From Felis catus (taxonomy: Eukaryota), in contig NC_058368.1 of assembly GCF_018350175.1 (NCBI RefSeq), positions 50,221,815 to 50,285,814 on the forward strand: a stretch of 64,000 nt of DNA. Direction: 5' to 3'. Positions within the stretch are counted from its first letter, which is position 1. Each line of letters opens with the position of its first letter. Shown piece by piece: positions 12,055 to 23,905 of this stretch. The notes beneath the pieces are model-generated. The model was not told the DNA's origin. It did not search any database and saw only the letters and a list, made by a program, of their open reading frames with translations. The position numbers were made by a program, and so were the translations under genes.

Positions 12055-13283
12055 TGTGTGAAAATCTTTAGTGCTTACGCTATCAAGATCCTCAAAGCTC
12101 TTCTTCAATAGTATTTCAACACCAATTTTAGAATACAATCTTTGGAAGGTTATTAAAACTTCTTGGTATTAAAATTAAAGAAAAAATAAGATTTATTTAA
12201 CATTCCATAGGAGCATAGGAGAGGCCTGGCAGAAATCAGGAAAATGATTTAATGTAGCAGTGTTGTCTAGATTACATTCAGACTTTTAGCTTGCATATTT
12301 TTGTGTGCCACTTGCTGCTACATTTTTTTTTTTTTAAGCTAAAATGCCTTGTTAGATCCATAATGAATTCGGTGTCACAGACTTGCATGTGAGGCATTGA
12401 TCTGCCAGTTGCCACTTCAGGCTAAATAGAGAGTTCCTCTTACATTTGTCGGAGGCTCATTCACCTTTTCAACCTGTTCTATGGTGTCAGGAAAACAGCC
12501 CTCAAAGATGGCCAGCGGACGTCTGTGGGTGCTCTCAAATCCATTTCTTCCTCCAGATCAAACGAGCTCCCTCTGATCACAAGTCATAAAATGCTCAGTT
12601 TGTGGCAGTTTCAAGTTCAGAGGTATAGTGAGGTTTCAGACATCCTTGATGCCTTCATTCTGAATATGTGTAAACTGTAGTCTGGGGAGTGTAGCCCCAA
12701 GCCGAAGAGGAGGCCAGGTGAAGTGGATAGGAGAGAGAGAGAGAGGAAAGAGCCTCTCCCTGGTTCACCTTCACAAATGTTTATTGATTGCTTGCCATGT
12801 GCCAGGTTAATTAGGGGCATGATAGCAAGTGTATTTTCATACTATGAAGTTCAGCTATGAAAATGACTTTTGTCATTGAAATTAATATCTACTTACAGCC
12901 CCGGTCCATCTGAAGGCAGAAAACTCAAATCTAGTCCATTTCTTCTCTCCAACTTTTTCAGATTTAGATCCCATCAAATCAGGATTTTCCCTAGGGTGGC
13001 ACCTGGCCTTTGGCCTTGTTTACCTTGGGGCAGAGTCGTGGCCCTGTGGAGGGTCTGTGGAAGCACTTTGTTCTCCCCGGTTTCTGTGCCGATGTTCACT
13101 GCAGTCCTATTGTCCTCTCTGATCTTTCGACTTGGTCAGCCCTACTTGATAGCATCCACTGGGGTGTCCCCTTTCCCATCTGATCAATGGCTTGGAGGTC
13201 TGTGCAGTACAACTTATCCAGGATGCCTCTCCAGCATCCATCCCTTCACTTCAAATATGCCGCTCCCTGGATCAAGAGGTCTG

Positions 13284-13284
<1 letters not shown>

Positions 13285-13333
<49 letters not shown>
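13285..13333. repeat. (TG)n microsatellite, ~24 units
   Basis: Direct inspection. Confidence 0.97.
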
Positions 13334-13338
<5 letters not shown>

Positions 13339-13679
13339 CCAAGCAGACTGGAAGGTAGTTGTTAGCTCTGGAGGTCAGGATCAGTCCAGCCAGATGGAGG
13401 GAAGGATGGGCAGGAGGCTGGGATAATGGGAACACAGGCCGGAAACTAACTTCGTGGGAAGAACCTTGGGTGGGAAGGAGGTTTCCAGAGCCATGTTGTG
13501 GTTGAAAAGACAGCAGTCAGGAGCAGTGGGGAGCCAGACAGGACTGGGGGTGTCCTCTGTTCAGGGCTCTGCCTCTCCACCTGGAGCCAGCTGGCCTCAA
13601 AGCTTAGGATATGAAGCAAGACCATAGAGTCTGCTGGTAGTTTGAATTCTTTCTTTCTTGTGGAAAGGGGGATCCACCC

Positions 13680-13780
13680 CTAGATCCTTAATCACATCTG
13701 CAAAGCCCCTTTTTCATAGAACGTAACATTTCACAGGTTCCAGAGATGAGGATGGGCCCTTCGTTAGCATTCCACAGTCA
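13680..13780 (-). mobile_element. MaLR (MLT1-like) LTR fragment
   Basis: 'ttaatcacatctgcaaagccc...gtaacatttcacaggttccagagatgaggatggg'. Confidence 0.55.
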
Positions 13781-14125
13781 CCTTGGTATTTACCAACCAC
13801 GCACAGGAATTCATACCCTCCCCTCATGCCTCTTTAAAAGGAGTAAATTAGGATGATTCTGACTAAAAATATTTTTCTCAAATTGTATTTATAAATATGT
13901 GCTCATCGCTAAGAGATGCAGTAAAATAGCATTTATAATTCCAGGAGACTTAATTTTCAGTGGGATGGTGGTGGTTCCAATGACCTGGACATTGCCTGCT
14001 TTTCCAGTTCACAACGCATTTCTTGTGGGAGTGCTCTCCAAAATGAGGTGCAAGCAAGATGATCCATTGTGTTGTAGGAAGAATATATTACATTTATTTA
14101 TGTTTTATGTTAAAACTAAAAAAAA

Positions 14126-14338
14126 TTTAATGTTTATTTTTGAGAGAGGGGGAGAGAGAGAGAGGCAGAGCACGAGCGGGAGAGGGGCAGAGAGAGAGGG
14201 AGACACAGAATCTGAAGCAGGTTCCAGGCTCCAAGCTGTCAGCACAGAGCCCAACATTGAGCTTGAACCCACAAACCTCGAGATCATGACCTGAGCCAAA
14301 GTCAGACACTTAACCAACTGAACCACCCAGGTGCCCCC
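14126..14338 (-). mobile_element. Felid Can-SINE
   Basis: Full-length SINEC_Fc sequence, followed by a stub of a second SINE tail at ~14350-14385. Confidence 0.93.
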
Positions 14339-14641
14339 ATTTAAAAAAATTTTTTTTAATGTGTATTTATTTTTGAGAGAGCACATATGTTTCAAAAAAA
14401 TTAAGCTTTTCTCATATTTCATACAAAGGTTGACACACACATGCCTGTCTTTATGTGTGTTAGTCACTTGTGGCACAGACGACACAAGGTACCCTGAAGG
14501 CTAAGTGGGAATTCCATACCGTGGAGGGGTTGACAACGGTGCCCTCATTTGGCATGTTGTGACGTATTACAATTTACTTGTGACATCACGTTGCAAGGTT
14601 AAAAAAAGACTAAGCGTGAAGAGCATGAAGAAGAACCTCTA

Positions 14642-14849
14642 GGGGCGCCTGGGTGGCTCAGTGGGTTAAGCTTCCTACTTGGGCTCAGGTCATGATTTCC
14701 TGGTTCATGAGTTTGAGCCCCGCACGGGACTCTGTGCTCAGAGCCTGGAGCCTGCTCTGAGTTCTGTGTCTCCCTCTCTTTCTGCCCCTCCCCTGCTCGC
14801 ACTCTCTCTGTCTCTCTCAAAAATAAATACACATTTAAAAAAAAAAAAA
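14642..14849 (+). mobile_element. Felid Can-SINE
   Basis: ggggcgcctgggtggctcag head, CT-repeat, poly-A tail; TSD agaacctcta. Confidence 0.95.
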
Positions 14850-15322
14850 GCAGAACCTCTACAAATTTTTCAGTGCTGTTTAAAATCAAGATTTAATCTG
14901 TCCTTCACATACCACATATCACGATAAATGTTTACAAGTGTCTCTTGCAGATAGTAGAAAGACAAATAGTCTTGTTCTTCCTGCTGAGGTTAAAAAAGCT
15001 GAAATAATGCCAAAGGATGGAACCTGACACGCATGTATTTCTTTGGCAACTGGTATTATAGGGAGAGGCATAGAAAATATTGCTGAAGTCCAGAAGAAAC
15101 AAGTATGAAAACAATTCCTTGGAGGAGGTTTGCTGCTACTACAGGTATTTCCATCATATCTTAGTATGTGGTATTTGCTAAATTCTGTTTCAGTGATGAA
15201 ATACAAGAAGAACTATTTCTTTATGAGCCGTCAGCGGGAAAACATTCCGGAAGACAAATTCAACATAAATTATTATTTTTTCTTTTTTAAAGAGTTACGC
15301 TTTCTACGACTGTGCCAGCCAG

Positions 15323-15527
15323 TTTATTTATTTATTTTGAGAGAGGCGGACACAGTGCAAGTGGGGGAGGGACAGAGAGGGGGAGAGAGAGAATCCCAAG
15401 CAGGCTCTGCGCTGCCCGTGCGGAGCCCGACGCCCGATGTGGGGCTCGAGCCCCTGAAGCCGTGAGATCATGACCTGAGCTGAAACCGAGAGTCAGACAC
15501 TTAACCAACTGAGCCACGCAGAAGTCC
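15323..15527 (-). mobile_element. Can-SINE
   Basis: Antisense Can-SINE body and head. Confidence 0.88.
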
Positions 15528-15569
15528 TGTAAATGATTTCTGTATTAAAAATTATTTATGGTGGGGGTA

Positions 15570-15725
15570 CTGGATCAGGACCTGATCTCAGTGCTCAGGA
15601 GTTTGAGCCCTGCGTTGAGCTTTCTGCTGTCAGCACAGAGCCCCCTTTTGATCTTCTGTCCTCCTCTCTCTCTGCCCTTCCCCCCTCACCTGCTCACATG
15701 CACTCTACTTCTCAAACATTTAAGA
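15570..15725 (+). mobile_element. Degenerate 5'-truncated Can-SINE
   Basis: 'gagtttgagccctgcgttgagctttctgctgtcagcacagagcccc...ctctctctctgccc'. Confidence 0.7.
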
Positions 15726-15974
15726 AGTTATTTATGGTAAAACTGTGCATGTGTACACCTTGATGAAACAGTATTTTGGAATAAAAAGGAGATTCCAGGA
15801 TATAGTTACAGAGCGTCTCACATATTATATCATTATATATAATCATCATATATCATATCATTATATCTCACATAATATTATCATTATTATTATGCTATTT
15901 TGCCTCATCAATTGCAAGTTTTAGCTTTAAATTATAGCCAGAAATTCACAAATGTCAAGTTTATAAAAATCTTT

Positions 15975-16760
15975 TCTCAGCTATTTGATGCACATATACA
16001 TTGTGAAAGGAGTCCTGCGATCGAGTCGAGTAACCTATCCATCACCCCACATACAGCGGTGCCCCCTTACCCTGGCTTTTGCTTTCTGTGGTTTCAGTTA
16101 CTATTCCCCTCCAACCCACCCCCCCGCCCAACCATCACTCAACCAAGATCCAGAAGCAGGTGATCCTCCTTCTGATATATGGTTAAGAAATCACTAAGAA
16201 ATCAATAGTAGCCTAACTACCTCATGATGTTTATGTCATTCACCTCTTCTTCTCATTACGTAGGCATTTGGTCATCTCACATCAATACAAGTAAAAGGGT
16301 GAGTACAGTAAGGTATTTTGAGGGACCACATTCAAATAATTTTTATGACTATATTATTATTTATTATTAATCACTGCTAATCTCTTACTGTGCCTAATTT
16401 ATAAATTAAGCATTATCTTACATATGTGTGCATAGGAAAAAACAGAGTATATGTAGGGTTCCATACTATCCATGGTTTCAGGCATCCACTTAGGGGGCTT
16501 AGAACGTATTTCCTGAGGATAAGGGGGAGACTGCTGTATTTCTTCCCTTTTTTTGGTAAGAACATTTAAATTCTACTTTCAGCAAATTTCAAGTATACAA
16601 TACATTGTTATCAACTAAAGTCACCATTGTTATCAACTAAAGTCACCATGTTATACATCAGATCCTCACACCTTATTCATCTTGTAGCAGAGTTTATACC
16701 TTTTTATCAAGTGTCCCTATTTCCCCCCAGCCCCTGGGAACCACTTTTCTACTCTTTATA
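15975..16760 (-). mobile_element. Old L1MA-type 3'UTR fragment interrupted by a Tigger-like element
   Basis: 'catatacattgtgaaagga...taacctatccatcaccccacata' resumes after 16538 as 'ggtaagaacatttaaattctactttcagcaaatttcaagtatacaatac'. Confidence 0.75.
16054..16536 (+). mobile_element. Non-autonomous Tigger-family (MER44/Tigger7-like) DNA transposon, complete
   Basis: TIRs cagcggtgcccccttacc / ggataagggggagactgctg, TA on both flanks, and the same internal sequence as three other copies in the window. Confidence 0.88.
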
Positions 16761-18259
16761 AACAAGATCTTTACCAGACTAGAATACCACTTTGTAATGA
16801 AATAGAGAATGACTATGAAAATCATGTGGTGTTTTCTTTGCTATACTTGATGGCAACAATGTTCGATGGCTTTGTTTTCATTACTTTGGCAGTTGTTGAA
16901 CTTGAAGATGTTATGCATTTTTTCCTTTGCAAAATAGTGTCCCAAATTTGTTGACCTTTTCCTTTTCCTTGGCTGTCCTTAGTTTTTCTGGTAGATATTT
17001 AAAGTACAAAAACAAACTCCATAATCTTCGTATACAATAAAGGTGATAAATTAAAAAAATGAATAAGAAATAACTCCTTTTGAAAAAAGCATAGGCCATA
17101 GAGTATTTTGAAGATTAATGTTTGAAAAGTTCCCATTGTTAATATGGTTTTGTTGCAAAAAAAAGTAAATATTTCATGCATAACAATTTTCATTGGAAAC
17201 TAGTATGTTTAAAAATATTTTCAAATGATATATTTTAGAGTTTGAAGCAATATGTTTAAGTTTACACCAACGGAACATTCAGTGAGTAAATATAGCAGGA
17301 TGAAAATTTACCAACTCATTTTTTTAAGTTTTTATTTTAATTCCAGTTTACTAGCTCATTTTTAACAAAACTTCTGCCTAAACGGTAGGTAGCATTGAGC
17401 AATGAGTGTCAGGACTTAGGACCAGCCAAGGACAAACTTTCCACCTGCCTCTGTGTGACAGCATGCAGACCAAGGATGTCCGTACATAAGCCCACACCCA
17501 AATCTTCTAATCCTTTGTTTTCTTCCAATATATATATTTTTATCAACAACCAAGATATTTTATAAAATTAGGGAATTTTCATTCATAATTGTGTTTATAA
17601 AAACATCTAGAAAAATAACAATTTTGAGGAGGATAGTTTTATACCAATAAATAAATAGTTTAAAATTCTGCTTTTTATGTTGATCTTTTTTTACCTTCTA
17701 TTTTTAGCATTTTTGATTGTATACAACTTACTATAGTGCTTGTGTGCGATTATACATAAATATTAATAAAAGGGGTGATGTTTTTTCTAAACCAAAGTGG
17801 TACATGATTTTCAGAGGTGGGATTAAAAATGTTTACGGTCCTGGCAACTGAAACCCAAAGAAGCAAATTGAATTGATTCAGGGGTCTCAGACCAGAACTG
17901 GAACTTAGGTCTGTCTTTTCCTATGTGGGTTTTTTTCCATCTTACACCCTTCTAATGTATTTTTATTGCCCTAGGTGAAGAGGATTGTGTTGAAACACAT
18001 TTACATCTGCTGGAGAATTGGAGCATGAGCAGTGGGACTCACTCTTTTGTTTGGTTATGATACAGCTGGTGGTAGAAACCTGAACTCTCAGAGATACTCA
18101 TCTCCATAGGAAAAGCAGTGGGTGATGGGATAAAACATTAGGTCTCAAACCTGAGTTTCGCTTTTTCCATAAAGAACTGTATTTTTTTGTCCCTTAACTC
18201 CTTGCTGGTTGGATGCAAGTTTTCTAATTATTTTGTGTCGCCTTCATGGTGATTAGCAC

Positions 18260-18500
18260 TGGGCAGGATGGTCTAATGGTTAAGAAAATAGTGACTGTTG
18301 AGAGTCACAGGGTCTGTGGTACGGCTGTCTACTAGAGGTATAAACTTGACTGATGGCCTTTCCATGCCTTGCTTTTCTCATGTGTAAAACAGAAGTAATA
18401 AGTGGGTTACTAATAGACTATATCTCATGAGCTTCTTGTGACCAAGAACTGAGTTAATTCATGTAAAGCTCTTAGAAAAGCGGCTGACAGATAGAATGGT
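18260..18500 (+). mobile_element. MIR SINE
   Basis: 'ggcaggatggtctaatggttaaga...ttttctcatgtgtaaaacagaagtaata...atgtaaagctcttagaa' MIR core. Confidence 0.7.
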
Positions 18501-18706
18501 GATAGCTGAGTTTTGGAAGAAAGGATAAAGAAACTATCTTCTAGAACCTTTGTTTCAGCTTTTGAGATGAAAGAGGATTGGAATAATCTTAGCAGATTGA
18601 CAGCATACAGTGCAACTGTGTTCCTAATTCTGGTCTTGATGAGGATTTTGACTTTTATGTATTTATAAATACATACAATTATAAAAAGAATGTCTTTTAT
18701 GTGTTT

Positions 18707-18725
18707 ATAACACTAGGTGGCAGTG
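18707..18725 (+). promoter_or_regulatory. Candidate CTCF motif
   Basis: ATAACACTAGGTGGCAGTG versus core CCACTAGGTGGCAG (first C replaced by A). Confidence 0.45.
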
Positions 18726-19494
18726 TTAGCACAAGATGGGAAATCCAGAGTAGTTTTTGTTTGTTTTTTTCTTTTTTCTTCTCTTGCCTCTCCCAGATTT
18801 ATAACTTTCTAGTCAGCTTTTGAATCTCTGATCAGTCCAGTATTAGTAGTCTTAGCACATCCCAGAGCTGATTCCTACCAGAGAACGGCTAAAGGATTAA
18901 CAGGAAATTTAAATGATCATTGTCTCCTATGGGCTTGTAGCATTGTGGAAAAGTTAAGGTGGCTTTTCTACTGTGCAGGAATGGATTAGGGAAGGCTTTA
19001 GTGCAGTAAGCAGTGGCCTGGAGAGACTGTGCCTCTCCCCCAGTACGCCAGCTTTGAGAGGCTGTCATGTTTCAGGAATCTCCATGCTTCTTCTGCTAAT
19101 GAGCCACGTACACTTAGCAGTGAGGATTCTGCTGCGGCCATTTCTTGCTGACTCTCTCTGTGGGGGAGGCAAGTCTTTATTTGCTAGAACACTTGGGTCT
19201 TGATTTTAAAACTGCCAGTGTTTTAAATAAATTTTTTATTCGTTTTAGATTGTTTACCCGGGGCTCCTTCAAGAAAACAGTAAGCAGACTGCTGGAATTA
19301 TCACCTGTTAAAATGAAATATGCAGCTGGCCCAAGTGGGCAAAGGCATGAGGACCACAGGGACGTGAGGGCTGCTCTTGCTCCTTCTTTGAACTGCATGT
19401 TCACAGTGTTAATTGAGCCCAAAGAGTTCTCATTAGGCAGATCAACCCTTCATTGGATTTCAGCATCTCTTTCTCTCTCTCCATGCACACACAC

Positions 19495-20200
19495 ATATTT
19501 TTGTTCATTCAAACCACAAATATTGAGTGCCCACTATGAGCCAGGCACTGATATCAAAAATGCAGATAAAGCAGTGAACGAAACAAGTGATGACACCTCT
19601 CTTACAGAGTTTATATCACGGTATGAGACGCACAAATATGGTAGGTGGTAAGTGTTGTAAAGTAAAGTGGTATAAATGGGTAGTAATGGGAAATAAAGGG
19701 GATTCCATTTTAGAGTGACCAAGGAAGGATTCTTGGCTATGGTGAAGTCTAAGCAGACACCTGAATTGCTAAAGACTGAATGGTCCACGACCCCCCATTC
19801 ATATGTTAAATCCTAATGCTCATTGTGGTGGTATTTGGAGGTGGGGTTTTGGGGAGGTGATTAGGTCATGGGAGTGGAGCCCTCAAGAATGAGATTAGTG
19901 TTCTTATAATTGAGGTCTTAGCTGTCTTTTCCACCATGTGAGGGCATAGCGAAATGACATCCATCTAATAACTAGGAAGGGGTATTTCACCAGACACTGA
20001 AGCAGTGCCCTGATCTAGGACTTCCCAGCCTCCAAAACTATGAGTAATAAAGCTGTATATAAGCTACCAACACATGGTATTCTCTTACAACAACAGCCTG
20101 AGGGGACTAAGACATGAATGAAATGAGGTAGTGAATGTGTAGTTTATTAGGGTAAGAACATTTCAGAGGGAGGTGCATACAAATGGTCTGAGGAAATTGG
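19495..20200 (-). mobile_element. L2 remnant interrupted by an MLT1A-like LTR
   Basis: 'ttcattcaaaccacaaatattgagtgcccactatgagccaggcactg' antisense L2 3' end; continues after 20119. Confidence 0.75.
19767..20114 (+). mobile_element. MLT1A-like MaLR solo LTR
   Basis: TG...CA termini (tgctaaagactgaat...gactaagaca), internal aataaa, perfect 5-bp TSD tgaat (19762-19766 / 20115-20119). Confidence 0.9.
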
Positions 20201-20220
20201 GGGGTGAGGCACTGAGGCAG

Positions 20221-21189
20221 GAGGGGCAGATACAAACTGATGGGGCCTCAAGCTTGTGAAAATTAGTCACCCTCTTTAAGAGGGAATGCAAAAATAAATA
20301 CAAGAGTAAATATTTACGAAAGAAAATCCCAAGAAATTACAAAATAGAAAAAGCTGACAAGTTTTTTCAAGCATCAGAGTCTAGTTAGGGCATTTTACCC
20401 ATTAACTGCCCGACACCCTGTAGAATGATTTTCCCTTACAGTTTTGGCTGTGCACTCTTTGATTACTTCTTCATTCAACTTTGATGGTGTAATACATGTT
20501 TATGGAGACAATGGATAATTTAGTCTTTCCTTTAGCATCATTGAGCAAAATATTACTGATGGTTTATACATTTCTTGCAGCTTCATACCTTTTTTTTTTG
20601 TTTCTGCCATGTGAATTTCCAAAGTTCTCAAAATTGGAAAATCTCACAAATTTCTTTCAAATATGAACTATAAGATTTGAAAGATTTTTCCACAAAATGG
20701 CTTTCAGTTTTATTCATTTCTATGCTTGTTTTTTTAACCTCTGACCAAATATTTCTAAAGCTGGATGTTGTGGGACCACATTCACATCTCATTTGACTTT
20801 TGTCTTCACTGTCACATCATGACATTGTACAATGGGTCAGCATGGAGGAGGACAGCCATTTCCTGGAAGTCCTTCCTATGCCAAGATAGCTAACAACATG
20901 CAGAAGTAACAAGGCACGGGGACATATCACACAAATAAAATCCTGGAATCAACTTCTTTTTAGCTAGATCCTCAAAATGCCCAGGGCCGCTCCACAGCCG
21001 TCTGATAAGAGGAGGGACACTAATGGAGGGAAAATAGGACTGGAAAGAGACAGAGGTCTTAACTGATTGTGGTTAAAATATTTCTCTTTTTTAAACTTTA
21101 CCAAATCTTAGGACTATGTCAACACATCACTATACCAGTAAGGGGCCTGAATCTTATGCTTTATTAATTTCATGGTAAAACTGTCTCTT
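20221..21189 (+). mobile_element. hAT-Tip100 (Zaphod/MER115-like) DNA transposon remnant
   Basis: Left end 'ggggcagatac...tggggcctcaagctt...ccctctttaaga' and right end 'ggggcctgaatcttatgctttattaatttcatggtaaaactgtctct' resemble remembered Zaphod/MER115 termini. Confidence 0.6.
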
Positions 21190-21815
21190 CCAGGGTAGGA
21201 AGATACCCCTGCCCCACTGTTAGGTCATTAAAGGGAGAGTAGGTCCAAGAGCGTGGGATTTGTCGAGGACAGTGATATGACAAAGTTCCAGAACATACCC
21301 AACAGGCCATGGCAGACAGATTTCCCATCTTGTACAGTTGTGCTTCTCCCCAGAGGACATGAGACTGTGGGATAAACATGGGAGGGTCATTTTACTGGAT
21401 GGGTGGTGATGGTGGTGGGTGAAGGGGAGGTGGGGTTAGGCCATTTCACTGTTAGTTACCATTTTCATATGAAATATTTAAAAAATGTCAATCCCGCTTA
21501 TAAAGTATATTGATCACATGTGAATTTTTAGGTCGAAATAATCTTCCAGAAGAATGTTTCCCTTTAAGTGGCCTGTGTTAGGGACATGGCCATGACCTTT
21601 CCACAGTTAGGGCTTTCTTGGTAGGAAATTCAGAGAAGTGTATTTTGACTAAAAGTTCCATCTTATAATGGCCTATGGTCTCTTGTCCACCAGTGTGACA
21701 CTGCTGATGTCACTGGAACTGATAGGTTTTTATTTGTTTTTTTCATAGTTGTGGTTCTTCACACAACCTTTTTGTATGGATAAGGAATATGGCATAGAGG
21801 TTAAGAGTGAAGGTC

Positions 21816-22015
21816 TTTTTTTGTAATGCTTATTTATTTATTCTGAGAGAGAGTGTGTGAAAGGGGGAAGGGCAGAGGGGGAGGGAGACAGAGGATCTAA
21901 AGAGATTTGAAGCAGGCCCTGCTGTCAGCACAGAGCCTGATATAGGGCTTGAACCGTGAGATCGTGACCTGAGCCAAAGTCAGATGCTTAACCGACTGAG
22001 TCCCCCAGATGCCCC
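21816..22015 (-). mobile_element. Can-SINE inserted into a + strand MIR (~21788-22190)
   Basis: MIR head 'tatggcatagaggttaagag' and core 'ctgtttccccctctgtaaaatggggat' flank the SINE. Confidence 0.85.
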
Positions 22016-23232
22016 ACAAGTGCAGATTTTGGTGCCAAAATGTGGCTTTTCCTTGGGCTCCACTACTCACTTTCTGGATGCCTCACCGTTCTGTTTCCCC
22101 CTCTGTAAAATGGGGATCATGAATCATGCAGTTATTATGAGCATTAACTGAATTAATCTTCGGCATGAGTCAGTGCCTGGCACAAAGTACGTATGCTATT
22201 TGTCATGTCAGCTACTTGAATGATGTCTCCGTGTGTGACTCCTACGCGGCCTCTTCCCTTTACTTATTATCCATCCTCGCTGAGAGACAAGTTGTTGGCG
22301 TTCATGCTGCCACTTCTGAAACGTGTTGGAAGGCCCAGCTAATCAGGATGAGGCTCGCCACCAGGCCTCAAGAGGGCCATGCTCCACTCCCATCATATTT
22401 TGAGCAGGTGTCTTATGGCCGAAACTTTTCACTCCGAATAAAATCATGTAAAATGTGGCTGCTTAGTTTAAATCAGAGATGGGACGTCCAGAAGCCCACC
22501 TATTTGTGCCCCGTCTGTAGTACTGTCCCCAATTTATCCTCCTACAAATCCACAGAGTCATAATCCTGTGTGCCAACCGACCTTTTAGCCAAATTGTCAG
22601 TCGGAATGATTTGAGTTTCTTCTCTGGGTCCTGCCCTGTGTATTTTACAGTTTTAGGTGGAAGAAAATTGAGGGCTGGCTGTCCTCATTTTAGATTCAAC
22701 TACCACTTCTTGAACATCTAAACATCATGCCACAAACTCTCATTATTAACCTGAAAAGTGTGCATTGTATTTTCAGATGCATCTAGTAAGCCTCAGAGAG
22801 TTAAGATCCTTGCTCACAACAGAACCATCATGACTTCGAAACACTTCTTAAAATGCTCTAGACTTTATGCCCACCTTTTAGTGCAACTGAAATCGGTCTC
22901 AACTTACATTTATATAAAACTCTGTTATGTAAAAAATTCTTTTACTTTTGAAATGTTGGCATTTGGTACTCAAATATCATTTTTTTCTCCTCAAGTATTT
23001 GTTCTCAAACTAGGCTTTTCCAGTTGACAAAATTGAGTCTCTGAAGATTAGTTGAAGACCACAGAACAAGTGAGAGACATAACTGGGATTCCAACCAGGT
23101 CATCTGGCCTCAAGCCCAGGGTACCCAGCCCACCATGACTCAGGTGAAGGTGAGAGGACTTCTTTCCTTCTGTCCCACCGTGGCCAGTTTCCTGGTAGAA
23201 AACATTCTTGGTGACCCCCACATCAGGATTTT

Positions 23233-23464
23233 CTTTCTTTTTTTTTTAAAATTTGTCTTTTACATTTATTCATTTTTGAGAGACAGAGAGAGACAGAGCA
23301 GAAGCGGGGGAGGGACAGAGAAAGAGGGAGACACAGAATGAAAAGCAGGCTCCAGGCTCTGAGCTGTCAGCACAGAGCCCGACGCGGGGCTCAAACTCAC
23401 TAGCTGTGAGATCATGACCTGAGCCGAAGTCAGACGCCTAACCGACTGAGCCACCCAGGGGCCC
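23233..23464 (-). mobile_element. Felid Can-SINE
   Basis: Full-length, CpG-retaining; TSD aggattttct. Confidence 0.95.
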
Positions 23465-23886
23465 TAGGATTTTCTTAATATGGTTCAACTTAGCTCTTTC
23501 TGCCCATGGGAGCCTAGCCCTGATCACAAGCATCTAGAGCCTTCCTTTTGTTTCCCCACAACCATTTGTACCTGGCACCATGGGAGGTTAGCCGGGTGGT
23601 GAAGAGCCTTGCAACGTAATCCCCTTCATTATTCAAGGAAAATGGCCTTGTTGCTTAAGTGAGGTGAAATAAAGGGATATCTGTACTTGGTATCCATTAA
23701 ACGTCCTGCTTAAACTTCCCTCTGCTCTCTACAGTTGATAGAACAAAACATAAAGAGGAGTTATGCGGTTTGCATTCCAATTCTGCCTCTTAAAACACTG
23801 TGACCTTGGGGAAGTCGTTTTACCTCTCCAGGCCTCTGGTTTTTAATCCACAAAAGGATAGTTCACCTGTCTGAAATGGGCTTGTG

Positions 23887-23905
23887 TTACCACTAGGGGG
23901 CAGAC
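23887..23905 (+). promoter_or_regulatory. Strong candidate CTCF motif
   Basis: TTACCACTAGGGGGCAGAC matches the core CCAC(C/T)AG(G/A)(G/T)GGC(A/G); lies outside recognisable repeats. Confidence 0.6.
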
